64,000 nt of DNA from the human T2T-CHM13v2.0 reference genome, Homo sapiens (GCF_009914755.1 NC_060926.1); one strand, 5' to 3'; shown: positions 30,201 through 44,270, counted from the first letter of the stretch. A program made the numbers and translations. Notes: generated by a model from the letters alone, not told the origin.

Positions 30201-32358
30201 GTAAACAGACTCTTGTCTGCCTAAATAAGCCCATAGATAGTCCTTTAATGTATGCTTGTTATGTCTAAAACTCCTAAATCTCATTCCTTTTCCATGAAGA
30301 ATTTTGGCCACCTCTAAGTAAGTTTCTAGTGATCCCTAGGTTACAAGATTTCCCCAAGCAAATCTGAATCTTACTTATGCTAGAGAACACACACGTGTGT
30401 TTTTGTCCCCATATGTGGACAATGTGTTTGTGTATAGACAAATACACACACACACACACACACCTATCAGGGATGAGGGAAGGAGAGAGAAAGTAGCTGA
30501 CAAGTCTTTCCTTTGAGTAATATGTTATGTTGTTTTATTTTAGGCTTCACACTTGAATACAATAATGTAATTCTAAAAGTAAAAATATGACTTCTGAATT
30601 TGGTTTCCTATTCATGAGCCATTTTTGTATCATCCATCAAAATACCATATTATCATCATGTACAACAAAATTAAGTTTCAGAGGTAAAACTTTTGGTTGT
30701 TAAAGAATAATGATGAAGGCAGAAAAAAGTTAAACAGGTTGTTATTGGCCTGAATTGTAAACAATTTCAGATAATAAACACTCAGCTTATCAATGGTACG
30801 GAGTATTAATATGCATTCTTTATTATCTTCAAAAAGCCACTGAAATAGTTTATAAACTTTAAGAAATTTATAACAAACAGTATACTTAGAGATTACACTT
30901 GAAATTATTTTGCATTAGTTAATCATTTTTCAGTTTGAAAGCATGATTTTTTTGTTTTGTTTTGTTTTTTAGAAATAGCATTGTGAAATATTTTCTGCCT
31001 AATTGCATGAATCTTTGTGGTATCTAATTGCATTTTCAGGCAGGACTTTTAAAAATGACATTTTCTACTACTACCTAAAAATTATTTTTTCTGGCATTTT
31101 TTCAAGCATTTTAATGTCATACTTCTAATAATGATTAATTGCGATTTGTATAAGGAAGGAAAAGAAAGAAAATATAAAATTAAAACCATGAATTTGGTTC
31201 ACAAGTGGTTTGTCACAAAAGTTTCTAAATGGTCATTTATTTAGAAAGGGCCACACACCACCCCTCTATTTCTATTTTTTCATTTCTTGTTCTGATCACA
31301 CATTATGCTCTTTTTTTCCCTGAGAAAGTAGTTGCCTTATTTCAAAGAAACTCCTCCCCAACCCCAGATCTCACCTCCTCCACAGAGCATTTCTGAAGCA
31401 ATGGGGTGTCCAAATACATACATGATTATACTTGTAAAACACTGTCATCTAACATGAAACTTTTGCATGGTCCTACATGTGCGATATGCTCAGGAAGCAA
31501 TATGGTGCAATTGCTTGGTAATTTCAGTATCATTGTTAACGTTGTCATGTGGTAGCATATTCCATTCCCAAGCTTGTTTTGAAAATTTTTGTTATTTATT
31601 TCTTCAACTTTGAAAGAGGATTTTAAAAGACTATAAAAGCCCTAGAACTCTAGATATGTTTTATTTACCACTGAAAAACTAATTAACAAAATCCTAAAGA
31701 TTTTAAATATTTCATAAGATTTATAATCTTAAATCAGAACTGCATGTTGAAAACTTGTTTTAGCCCTTGAATATGACAATATTCTCTTAATGAGAAGAAA
31801 ATAGGGCAGGTAAGTTTCATTCAGTTATGAGAAAGTATATATTTGTGTCTATCGAAAGCCTGATTTAAGACAAGACCACAAATGGATACTCATTTTAAAT
31901 AAAGGCAATCAGCTATTGCATCCTTGATTTTTATTCTTTAAGACAAACTTTTAAAATCTAATTTTATGAGAATATGAAGTATTTGTAGTATAAATTAGCA
32001 ATGAAACATTTTTTCTATCGTTTCCCACGTTAAGAGCTTCTTATATGGGAAGAGTCTTCCTATAATCATAGATCAACTTCCCTGAAAGAGAAAATAAATA
32101 CCTCTTTATTCTGATTCTGCCTCTGGCTAAATTTGCATTCTACTCATAGGCAGGACTACTCACATGTGGCCGTGAATGTACAAGAGATTTCAGAAACAAA
32201 TACGACTACCTCAGTATTCCTGAAGCCTCTGCTTACTGGCATTGTATAATGACACAGAAAGCCTTATGAATTAATGACAGCAGCTTACCTGTTTTAATCT
32301 TATATCAGCTGACTCTGGATCCCTCAAGGTAGCTTTTGACAACTGATACCTATTTCTA

Positions 32359-32360
<2 letters not shown>

Positions 32361-32408
<48 letters not shown>

Positions 32409-32468
32409 CCTATCTACCTATCTATCTATCATCTGTCTATCCATCCATCTATCACCTATCTCTATCTA
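32361..32468. repeat. Compound tetranucleotide STR [TCTG]3[TCTA]9 followed by degenerate TCTA/CCTA/TCCA units
   Basis: Read directly from the sequence. Confidence 0.95.
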
Positions 32469-33358
32469 GGCATTTTCTCTAAATCTTGGTTTTCAGTCTC
32501 TGTATCTCCTTAGAGCAGCTTGAGATCAAATCTGTCAGTCTCAAAATAAGACACTCTCTGGCTCATGCATGCATTTGACCAGTGACTTAGTAGTCACTCA
32601 GCATATCAGAATTTTCACAAAGCCACTGGTTGACTTCTAAGCATTTCCCATGTAATTTAATATAACTGCTACCAAGTATATCATGGTTCCTTATTGATGG
32701 TGTTATAATCTATATAGCTTAAATTCTAAATTATTCACCCACTTTTAGCCATTGTGCTAGCATAAAAATACTCATAGGTGAATAGATACATTTAAGCCTT
32801 AGGGAGCTAACAGTCAAGAGTAGAGATAGATATATGCAATTGCATTAGAACATGAAATGTTTCACAGTAGTATCTATGGCCTATCTAGCAGAAAAATCCT
32901 GTACTGTGCCTACTAGCTGAGAGACTTTAAACAAAGTATATGCAAATTTACTGACACAGAATAGAAATTCAATTAATATCTATGGTTACCACAGTTGTAG
33001 AAAGTCTTAGTGGACAACAGAATCCCAAAATATGGAGAAATAAGGGTAGAATAACATAATTTGTTAATAGGCACATCATTTTATCTTTGTCACTAAAAGT
33101 TGTATTCTCAGTGTGATCTATGTAGAATCTGATTGGTCGAGAATCCAGTGATTCTGCAGATATTTCTCACTGTCATAATTTTTGGAAAAGGTATTTTTAG
33201 TTTCATTTCTAAAAATAATTAAAATTACTAAGGTATAAAATGTCTTATAGTACTTATCATATTTCATAATTAGCAATTCACAACTACTCTCTAGAAATGC
33301 CACTGACACAATTTTCAATAAAAATAGCACATGTTCATAATGAGTAGATTGGAGCTGA

Positions 33359-33670
<312 letters not shown>

Positions 33671-33743
33671 TGGAACTGACAATTTTATTGAAGCCTTATG
33701 ACAAAAAAGCACAAAATGAAAGAGTGAAAAATATTCTGTTGAC

Positions 33744-34295
33744 TATTACAGAGGAGGGAAAAGTGGCATCCTTCACCCTTCTTAGTTCTTAGGCTTGGCT
33801 ATACATTAAATTGACATGAACAGATTAACAGTAGAAAAACTGTATTTAATTATATACATATGCATGGGGGTCCCACAAAAATATGTAACTTAAAGAAGGG
33901 TCACAGATGTTTAAAGTTTACATAACATCCTGAGCTACAAAAAGCAATAAAGGCTTGGGCCTTCTGTGGGGTGGTGAAGACAAGTTATGAGAGAGTTAGA
34001 AGAGAAAATATATGGTGAATAAAGATTGCCTTATTATTCTGATAAAAAGTCTTTCAGGTAATAAAAGTTGTGTGGAAGCAGCCCACTATCTTCCTGATAG
34101 AGATACTTTTACAAATGCAGGTTTCCTTTATATATATTTACAAAAGGACAGCTTTTCAGAGATACTTCTGTGTCTGCAGGTTCTAAAACTAATGTGAATA
34201 ATGTGCTTAAAATATTCCAAAAACATATATATTAGGCTGAAATATTCTCGTCTTCTCCAGTCATATTTTGGGGTGGTGTGTTCTGGGCCGCAACA
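33744..34295 (-). mobile_element. ERV1-class solo LTR, MER34-like
   Basis: Minus-strand start tgttgcggcccagaacacaccaccccaaaatatg. Also aaattgacatgaacagattaacag near the other end. Confidence 0.7.
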
Positions 34296-34529
34296 ATATA
34301 ATAGACTAAAAATACTGAATTTGTACTGAGTTCCTGATAAACACATATTTAAGAATTACTGATAATATCAGGTTAGAACAATTCATGTGCTGTTTATAGA
34401 ACAATTGTTTAATCTTTTTATTTCCTCTGAGGAGAAAGGCAGGGTTTGAAAGGCAGTAAAGATGGAATCCATCAATAAAATCTTCTCCTCTACCAGCAAA
34501 AAGGTAAAGGAAAAAATGAGAAACATGCC

Positions 34530-35654
34530 TGTTATATTACTATATACACATATTGGTTTTCGTCCACAGTTCCTGGCTTATAACCCCCATAACCTTTGTT
34601 ATTTCCTAAGTGACTAAAACAATAAGCATATCTTTTGTTAAAGTATTTGGCCTTTTGTCCTTGTTTCCTGAAGCAACTTTGGAGCAACTTCAGAGAGATA
34701 AAAGTGAAAGATCATCTTTTGTTATAATATTGGGATGCCTTAGACCTCAGAATCAGGCCTCAGACACAGAATTTCTTTCTCTTTGACCTTTTTCTGCCCT
34801 CCTTTCACCTGCTCCTTTTTCGCCTCAAGGCAGGCCACTGAAATTAAAAATATACCCTAATTTCCTCCGGCCTTTCTGTCTTGGAGCTGGTCACAAAGAA
34901 ATTCTCTGACCTACCTTGTCTGATTATAAGTCATGAAACCACCATTTCAGAAGGGGTTCTGCCCCATACCCTGGAGGAGAAAATGTTGCACAGGGAGGCC
35001 AAAAAAGAATCTGAACAGATAGATAGAACTTGCTGGGTTTCCCCACTCTGTTTGTCTTAGATCATACCCTTTTTGTCCAATCACATTTCTACCCCCTTAT
35101 TGATGCTTCAATTATGTCTATGCAATGAAGTTTCCATAAAAGGACCAAGAGGATGGTATAAGGAGCTTCCAGATAGCTGCACTCATTAAGGTTCCTGGAG
35201 GATGATGTACCCAAAGAGGGTGTGGAAGCCCTGTGACCCTTCTCCCGTATTTTGCTCTCTGCATCTTATCAGGTGTAGCCCTTGTAATATACTTTATAAT
35301 AAACTGGTGGACATAAGTGTTTCTCTCAACTCTGTGAGCCACTCTAGCAAATTAATCAAACCCAAGGAAGAGGTTGTGGGAACTATGACTTATAGCTGGT
35401 TGGCCAGAAACACAAATAAAATAACCCAAGGCTCGTGATTGGCATCAGAAGTGGATTGAGTCCTAAACCTGTGGGGTCTGATGCTATCTCCCAGTAGATA
35501 GTGTGGAATTGGAGAACACCCAGCTGGTGTCCACTGCAGAATCAATTGCTTGCTTGCTGGTGGGGAAAAATCCCCAGATACTTGGTCCCAGAAGTGTTCT
35601 GTGTTGATTGTTGTGTGAGAGCAGAGGAAAAACAGTTCATTTTTTAACTCAACA
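34530..35654 (+). mobile_element. MER21A-like LTR
   Basis: tattggttttcgtccacagttcctggct...; gagcttccagatagctg; tgagccactctagcaaattaatcaaacccaagg; aaacctgtggggtctgatgctatctcc. Confidence 0.75.
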
Positions 35655-36344
35655 TTATACTTCAATTCAAGGTAATTCTTCCTTTTCATCATTTATCTTT
35701 TTGAGTTTTTTATGTAATAAGTAGTTAGATTTCTTCAGGTTTGAATAAAATCTAAACCTTTTATAATTTTCCACCTGCAAGTCTTGTGAAGATCAATAAT
35801 ACTCTTTTCACAATCAAAAACTCAAAGGTCAATTTTCAGTCTTACTTTTTTGAGTGTTCCACAGTTAGGACACTATTGGGTAATTACTGTAATCATTCCT
35901 TTCTTGGTCTCCACGGTGATTTTCTGTTATCTATCTATCTATCCACTTATCTATTTAGCTAGCTAGCTTGCTATTATTTTACCAACATCTTTCCTCTCTA
36001 TCTTTTTCACAGATTTTATAGTCCAGATACACGAAACCACTCACATCCATCAAGCCTTGCTTCCACTTCTTTTTTGGCAATGTGCTTATTTATAAGCCTT
36101 AAAGCAAATGACAATAAAAATTTTACTGCTTCTGTACCTTTGTTTCCTAAAATTCCACAATACTTGGAAATGTTTCTGTAGTAGCAATTCAATGCAATCA
36201 TTATTTTAATGCTGTATTGATTTCTTTTTTAATCTCCAGGACCTAATATATTGCCAATCACATTAAAAAAAAACGTCCTTTGAAGGGATGAGTGGGTAGA
36301 TTGATGAATGACTCAACTAGCTTACAAACTGGGATATAAATATT

Positions 36345-36424
36345 TATGTGTGTGTGTATATGAATATACATATACATATATTCATATACATATATACATA
36401 TACATAAACATAGATACATATATA
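36345..36424. repeat. (TG)/(CATATA)n low-complexity repeat
   Basis: Read directly from the sequence. Confidence 0.85.
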
Positions 36425-36669
36425 AAAAATCTTTTATTAGGTTCTTTATGTCTACTATCTATCCTTCTCCACCTAGCTCTGTGGGTATGTGACCTGCATC
36501 AGGCTCTCTGAACCTCTGACTTTCAGATATGTATTGACAGGACATTAGAGAAAGAGAGGTGAGTATGATCAGGATGGTAAAACCCATCTTAGTCTCCTTC
36601 TAACAGAGCTGCTGTGGTCTGAAGGTTTCCCTTTCTGAAGACGAAGCCTCTTTCAGGGGCCATTTCCTA

Positions 36670-37117
36670 TAGGAGGATCACAGGCCACCTGTATTTGCTA
36701 ATTGGCCTTACCCAAAGGAAAGGTAAGCTCTTTCGCATCTTTATGACAGCAGGGAGTTTTACAACTTCGAGAAAGGCTCCTACCAACAGTAGCCCCATCC
36801 TTCCACAGAGACTGAGAGATAAGGGGTATTATTTTTTATTTTTGATAATTACATTTCAAGGGGATTGCCTTCAGGTAGTTGAGATAGATAGTCCTGGGTT
36901 GTACAACTGGCAAGGAGGCTTTTTAAAGGATTTGCATCTCAAATGGGCAGAGGAAAAAAGTTGCAGCTACAAATGTTCTAAAGTAAATGTGCTAAGAAAA
37001 GGGAGGTAAGGTCTCTGTGGTTAGGCCACCTGAATTCTACAGGTGACTATGTGGGAGGGGTGGATGCCCGTCTAAAGTTTAGTCAAGATGAGAGAAATGT
37101 TAATTCTGTCTTGGCCA
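36670..37117 (-). mobile_element. ERV1-class solo LTR, MER31/MER67-like
   Basis: cctgggttgtacaactggcaaggaggcttttt; ttctaaagtaaatgtgctaagaaaagggagg; tctaaagtttagtcaag. Confidence 0.65.
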
Positions 37118-38833
37118 GTAGTATTTAACCAGATAAAAAGTACAAAAGACACCTTAGACAGAGAGGATGGCCCATAACAAGGTCATGTACAAGCAAATAG
37201 AAGAAGCACTGTAAATCCGAAGCATATGGTGTGAGAACAAGTGTTTTAAGAGGTGAGGTGGTAACAGTTTTTACAAGCACATTGAAATATAGTCTGATTC
37301 AGCTAATGAAAAAGTAATTTAAAAACTAATGGAGGCACAAGTTTGTAACATAGAATCAAAACCAGAAAAAAAATGATTCCACTGAGGCTAAGAGTTCACT
37401 GCTAAGCATTTTATTAATAAAAGGGTGAGTAAGCAGTGCCAAAGTTGAAGGCATAGAAACAATTAGCTCTCAATTAAAAGTCTATTCTTGGCCCTAAAGG
37501 AAGAAATCTCTATAGGGCAGTGGAGACAGAAATTTGATTGTAAAGAGATGATGAAGTGAGTAAATAAGAGTTGAAAATATAAAGGTAGACTATTTTATAG
37601 AACTTTGAAGAAGTCTGGCAATGAAGAGAAGGAAAGGCTACTATGTGATTCTTTATATTAAATGAAATTTTAGAAATATTTGCTTAGTATGTATTAAGAT
37701 AGCTTCAATGGCTTGACTTTTGGGGATTTTTTTTCCTCTTTGTTTATTCAGTCTACCTGATTGATCTGCACTTCATATGGATTTATGCCATTTTGATCCT
37801 CAACTGTCTGAACTAAACTCTCGCTAGACCCATCTGTTCTGTCTTGATCTTTGGCCTACCTCATACTGCTGGCTTAACTGTTTGTATTTTCAATATCAGT
37901 TAGGATGTCTCTGAACCAACTGGGAACTTCCTATCCATACTACAGCTTGAATTTACACAAAAGCAAAGCTTATTAAGATCCTTTATATATTTCTCAAAGC
38001 TGCAGCATTGAAAAGGATCACATGCCAAGCTTTGAGTTTGCCACAGGCAATTTGGAAATATCATTTCTAAAAAACTGTACTCATTGTGGGACTAAGATGT
38101 TAGACCTTCAGTGGGGAAGTGATTCACAGGTAAAAAGACCAAGTTGGAGGCAAAAAGAATGTATTGAGCTGTGAGATGTTAGAAAGTTAGATCGACAGAG
38201 ATTAGCAGAAGACAAAAAGAAAACAAAGTAATTAGATGGGAGGGAGATGAAATCTGTGGCCATGCAGATGTACGCCTTGGAAATCTCAGGGCCTTGTAGC
38301 GGCTGCTGCTGTTTTGAGAGCTTCAAGGAAAATGTGTAAATGAGAAATGTGTTAGTCAGACAGAGAGTCACTAAAATAAATCATTATCTTTTTATCTTCT
38401 AAATATATTGTCTAGTCAACATAGAGCTATGTTAGAAAAAAATGTTACATCATACTTAAGAAGTATTATTTTAAAAGTTTTATCCAAGAAAGCTGTTTCC
38501 ACTTTCGCATATTGCTTTGTAGTTCATTTTCCAAGAAAATATTTTAAATATGTATGTATTACTTTATCTGAAACCTTTTTATAAAATAATTATGCTTAGC
38601 TATATTAATCCAATATATCATATTACAACTAGATTAGAATATCATAATAAAACTACGAGCAAAGAGATTGAGTTTTAGTCTGAAAGATACCATATACTCA
38701 AGAATTATAGAGTTAACACACTATTTATTGATAATTAAATACCTATCAGTAGTACACTTACTTATAAGCCATTTTTGTTTTTATTTTTACAGAGGAAAGA
38801 TTTACATCTTTCTCTGTACCTAACAATAACAGC

Positions 38834-39480
38834 TGTAAGGGGAAAGGGGAAAGTTCTGCTTGGCCCTCTGCAGGTTTGCTGACAAATCAACTCACAGAAA
38901 ACAGATAAATTGGAGAAAAGGCATACTAATTTATTTAACATGTATACATGAGAGCTTTCAAAATGAAGACACAGAGATATAGGGGGAAATAGTCTATTTA
39001 TTTGCTTAGGTTCAACAAAGTATGGACAGCTGTGTAGATATATAATTGTATACAAAGCATATGATCTAATGTTAATAGACAGAGGAGAAGCCCAGCAAGG
39101 CCTGTCTGTTTACATTCTTCTTGGCCTCTCTATGCATGTTTTCTCCTTTCTGAGTGGGGGCAGGACTTTTTCTGGAAATGGGGTGTTATGACTTACAGCC
39201 AAAGAAGGTAGGTCGGATAATTTCTTTATGGCCACTTTTTACACAGAAAGATGGAGGGAAAGTTGGAGTAATGTTTTTAGGTTTTATGGTTGTCTTTGGG
39301 GAAAAGCAGTTCTGGTTTCAATGGCCTGCCCTAGGGAAGAGGGAGTCTAGTTTCTACAGCTAGCCTCTGGAGAGAATGGGACTGAGAAGCAGCAGAACAG
39401 GAGAAGGTCAGAGAAAAACGTTTACTTGTGAGGTTGCTTCTGAGTCCTTCATTTTAGGGTCTTGTTTTCTGACCCCAACA
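38834..39480 (-). mobile_element. ERV1-class solo LTR, MER39-like
   Basis: TG...CA termini (tgtaagggg...gaccccaaca) with 4-bp TSD cagc / cagc. Confidence 0.8.
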
Positions 39481-39959
39481 CAGCATAGCATGGATTCTCA
39501 ACAAACATGCAAATAGAATAAAACTATCTCCTTAAAATCATCTGCTTATTTAATATTATGTAACAGATAGTTAGGATAAGATTTTAGAGACTTAAAATAA
39601 TTATGCATTTCTTCGGTTGTTAAAGTACTATTTTTTAGTACTTGTTTTTGAAGTTTCTCATCTAGAATATTTATTACATGAGCGTTTAAATTCTCTGGCT
39701 TTTCTACAAAACAATAACAACAACAAAAAACATCCTGATGGGTTAAGGAAGTTAATATAGAGTGAATATTTTCTTAGAAATAGATGCATATTCTGCTTAA
39801 ATATCTACATAATAACGTCAGTTAGCAAAGGGTAACTTAAAAAAAGTTATCCTCAAAATCTCCTGGGCAATTTTATTTCTCATTTATGTGAAGTCCAATA
39901 CATTTGATCCTTGTTGTGTGGCCTTTGTACCCAACTATTTTCCAAGCTCTGATTAGGGA

Positions 39960-40195
39960 GACCCCACCTTGTATTGTGTCTGCTATTTCTAGGGCCTTGG
40001 AGAGAAGAGAGTGTTTTTAAGACTGCTTTTTTGGTCAGCTCTGGGAGTGGCACACCATTCTGCAACACACATTCCATTAGCCAGAATTGTGTCTTGTGGT
40101 CCCATTCAGAAGCAAAATGTCTGTAGAATGTGTTTAAGTATGTCCAGCAAGCAGAGAAAAACCAAATATTGATAAATACAATCAACTTCTATCAC
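39960..40195 (-). mobile_element. Old MLT1 (J/K/L-like) LTR fragment
   Basis: cacattccattagccagaattgtgtcttgtggtccc is a typical old-MLT1 motif. Confidence 0.5.
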
Positions 40196-40769
40196 AGTAA
40201 TAAAGCATTACTTTCTTATTAACATTTTATAAATGTAAATTATTTTATTTTGAGATCTGTGTTCAATGTAAAATTTTTTGAAGGTATTATATTACTTAAT
40301 GAGGAACTTAAAGTAAAATAATTTAAGTACGGTAATGCAGACAGTAAATTTAGACTTAGTATTTAAATTCAGCAAGGCCCATGCTCAATTCTAGATCACT
40401 ATGTTTAAGGTCTAATCGTAAAACAGAGCAGCAATTGCAATACAGAGTTAAGTATTTTGGTTGGCAGCAATACATATACTCTATATTTACATGTAAGTTA
40501 TTACAGTTTAAAAGTATGTGGGAAAATAGGTTCAAAATAGATAAAGATTTTATAACGTAAGAGAATGGAGAACTGAAATAATTATTAAGTTTTCTTAAAG
40601 GAAAAATTGCTCTACATTACTACCTAAGTTTATCTTGTTTCATTTTGATAAAATTTATGTTAAACAGTCTAATAAAATATTAAATCACACGTCTTTTTCT
40701 TAAAGTTCCTTAAAATAATACTCTCGTCTATGTTATCAGTAAACAGTCTTAATATTGCTGTTCTCCTGA

Positions 40770-41300
40770 GATAATTTTTCTCTAATTGCTGCTCATTATT
40801 TAAGGAAACTTTCAATATTAGTAAAACATTGCTCCAAATCTTTCATTTAGAGCTATTATTATACCTGTGCTGTTTTTTCTTCTGCCCACGAAGCCTGTCA
40901 AAATGCAAATTGCTTTCTCTGACCAAAAGTACAGCAGGAGCACAGCCTGGCTGCTTTTTACACAAAACCACCAACAGATTTGTTAACAGCTGTTCTTGGG
41001 GTCTGTGCACGTAATGGAAACTTCAGAACCTTGCAGGGTTCATGGTTTCTTCTGTCTGCAGCACAGGAATCGTTTAACAGTAGGTGACACTTTTGGCAAT
41101 GTATAATTAAAGGGCTTGTTTTAGCAAAATTACACCCTGTGTAACACATAATAAAAGATAAGGGGGAAGGAGAGGTAACAGGCCTGGGTATACAATTTAG
41201 TTTGTAGCAGAGAATGAGCACAGTTGGGAGCTTGACTATTTTTGCTGTGATTCCTGAGGTCATATTAAGCAAAACAAATCACTATGTTTCTACTTTATTC
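40770..41300. promoter_or_regulatory. Candidate conserved non-coding element / enhancer
   Basis: No recognisable repeat. Octamer ATGCAAAT (40903-40910), TGTCA/TGACA, CAGCTG, TAATT motifs. Inference only. Confidence 0.3.
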
Positions 41301-43145
41301 AGGTGACAAGTGGATCGATAAGATAATTAATAATATCTCTTCTTCCCTATTTGGCTAATTGAGACGAGGGAAGATTATAAACGGGTCTACAACATGAAAA
41401 ACCAGAAGTCATTTAATTTGAATGCCAGCATCACCTCCCCAAGGTTATTGATATTTGATTTAAAGGGGAATAAAAGATGGACAATTTAAGTGAATCTGAC
41501 TTGTATTGTTCTGAATCCATATGCATTGATTCAGATTTGTGAGATGTCTTTTCAACAAGGTAGCTTTGGATCAGTGGGGCTTGCATATTTGATCATATTT
41601 CTTTCAGAACCTTTCTTAAATACTCTTCATTTGTTACCACCAGGCAAAGGCAAATCTCTAGTTTAGAAAACTTGATTTTAAAATAAATTAGAAAGTAAAG
41701 AGAGAAAAGGCATGTTCCATTCCTGACATTTGTATATACTATTACTCATTGAAAACATAACATGGTAAGTTTGTTTCATAGTCATTACCTCTACCATCAT
41801 CTGTTACCCCCTTTGAACTACACCGTTAATTATCTTTGCCTACTTCTGAAATGCATATACATAAAATCTTATTGTATGTAACATTTGAATATAGCGTTTT
41901 TGCTTATCATTATGTTACTGAGATTTATCAGTGTTGTCACACATAATTTCAGTTTATTTTTATTGACATGAAGCATCCTATAATATGAATATGCCACACT
42001 ATATTTAATATTGATGGACATTTTAGTTATTATAAATCATGATGATATAGTTTTGCATGTACTTTGATGGACACATGCAAGCATCTTATTAGGTAATACA
42101 ATATATTATAGAATTGCTACTTTATAAAATATATGTATGTTTAGCTTCAGTAAATACTGCCAAATAATTGTCTAAAGGGATTGTTCCAAGTCACATTCCT
42201 GCCATCAATATATGAGAGTTCCATATCCTCACCAACACTTGGAAATATTAGTATTTTATTATATTTTAGTTATTCCAGTAAGTATACAGTGGGATTTCAT
42301 TGTTGTAACATTTGTTTGCCCAATGATGAATGAGGTTAAACATCTTTTCACATGTTTATGCATTATTTGGATGGCTTTTATTTGAAGCACCTGCCCAAGT
42401 CTGTAGCCTATCTTCTTATCAGGTTATTTATCTTGATATTGTTGACCTGAGACATCTTTTATAAATTTTTAATATTTGTTATATATACATATATGTGTGT
42501 GTGTATACACAAACATTTAACTATAATCTTTTCTTGATTTTTTGCCTTTTCTAACCCTTAATGATGTCTTTTAAGATATAAAATTTTAATTAACTTTAAG
42601 TTCAATTTGTCAAATTATCCTTTTCTTTTGTTAATTTTTTGTATTATGTTACAATCAACTGACTATATATGTGTGGGTGTCCCTCTTTATATTCTATTCT
42701 ATTGATGAGTTTATCTCTATCTGTACCCATACCTCACTGTTCATTCACACTGTAATTACATGAAGATGAAATACTTAGTGTTCTAAGTTCTCCTGCATCA
42801 TAATTGTCTTTGTTATTCTTTTTTTTGCATTTTCATGTAAGTTAGACAATCCATGTATTCATTTTCATAAAATAAACTACTGGAAATTTGTTTTGAATTG
42901 CACTAAATCTATGTATCAGTTTTAAAACAACATTTTTAATATTAACTCTTAAAATCATATAGCTTATTCCTAATTAGTTTTTAATTTCTCCCAAAAGTGA
43001 TTTATATGTTTTTTGTTTTGTTTTTAGAGCTCTTATACCACTTTATTTTTATTTCTAGGTATTTATGTCTTTATCTTTTTATAAATAGTATCATTCAATA
43101 TTTTTTTCAATTGGTTGCTAGAATTTCTGATATTTTCAATTTGTG

Positions 43146-43183
43146 TGTATTAGTCAGGGCTCTCCAGATGGATGGAAATAATA

Positions 43184-43229
<46 letters not shown>

Positions 43230-43264
43230 TCTATTATAAATATTACATAGTTTGTAAAAATAAA

Positions 43265-43309
<45 letters not shown>

Positions 43310-43689
43310 TTGGGAATTTATTAAGTAGTATTAAGTCACATGATCACAAGGTCCCACAATAGGCCATCTGCAAGCTGAGGAGCAAGGAAGCCAGTCTGAG
43401 TCCCAAAGCTGAAGAGCCTGGAGTCTGATGTTCAAGGGCAGGAAGCATCCTGCATGGGAGAAAGATGCAGGCTGGGAGGCTAAGCCAGTCTAGCCATTTC
43501 ATGTTTTTCTGCTTGCTTTCTATTCACTGGCAGCTGACTAGATGGTGCCCACCCAAATTAAGGGTGGGTCTGCCTTCCCCAGCCCACTGACTCAAATGTT
43601 AATCTCCTTTGGCAACAGCCTCACAGACACACCCAGAATCAATACTTTGCATCCTTCGATCAAGTTGACACTCAGTATTAACCATCACA
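43146..43689 (-). mobile_element. MLT2A1/A2 (HERVL) solo LTR containing two (AT)n tracts
   Basis: tgtattagtcagggctctc...caagttgacactcagtattaaccatcaca. TSD ttgtg / ctgtg. Confidence 0.92.
43186..43303. repeat. (AT)21 at 43186-43227 and (AT)18 at 43268-43303
   Basis: Counted from the sequence. Confidence 0.95.
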
Positions 43690-44124
43690 CTGTGTTTTGC
43701 CTTCTTTCTCCTTGATACATTTTTTGTAAGGTATTACTTGATTTTATTAAGATTTTCAAAGTCTGAGCTTTAAAATTTATGGGGAGTTCTTCATTTTATG
43801 TTTTCTATTTCTTTGATTTTTATTCTTCTTTAATAGTTTCTAACTTCCACATTAATTATGTTTTGTTGATTTTGTTGATTTTTTTAGCTTCCTTTCTTTT
43901 ACATTTATTCAATTCTATAAATTTTCCTAAAAGTAGTGCTTTAGTTTTATATCATATTTTTACGTATAATATTTTCATAACTATTTAGAATATTTTCTAA
44001 TTTCCATTATGATTTCTTCTATAACTAAAGTATTATTAAGAATTTAATTTCTAAGCATTTGGGATGTTTTATTTGTTATTTTTGTTTTGTTTTATTGTCT
44101 TTTGTATTTTCTTTTAGTTTGTGT

Positions 44125-44270
44125 TTATATAGTTTTCTTGAGGTATCACTGACATACAGTAAATTGTACAAATTTAAATTATACCATCTGAAAGTTTTGA
44201 CATATTTATACAAAACTGTGAACCACTGGCACAATTAAGAAAATAAACGTATCAATAATCCAAAAGTACA
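44125..44270 (-). mobile_element. Short L1M 3'-end fragment
   Basis: ttgaggtatcactgacatacagtaaattgtacaaatttaaattatac...gttttgaca. Confidence 0.6.

Larger units (their letters stand above)
41720..44080 (-). mobile_element. Very old L1ME-type 3' region, interrupted by MLT2A
   Basis: T-rich strand with L1 3' words (tatgagagttccatatcctcaccaacacttgg; ttgaattgcactaaatctatgtatcagttt). Confidence 0.7.
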
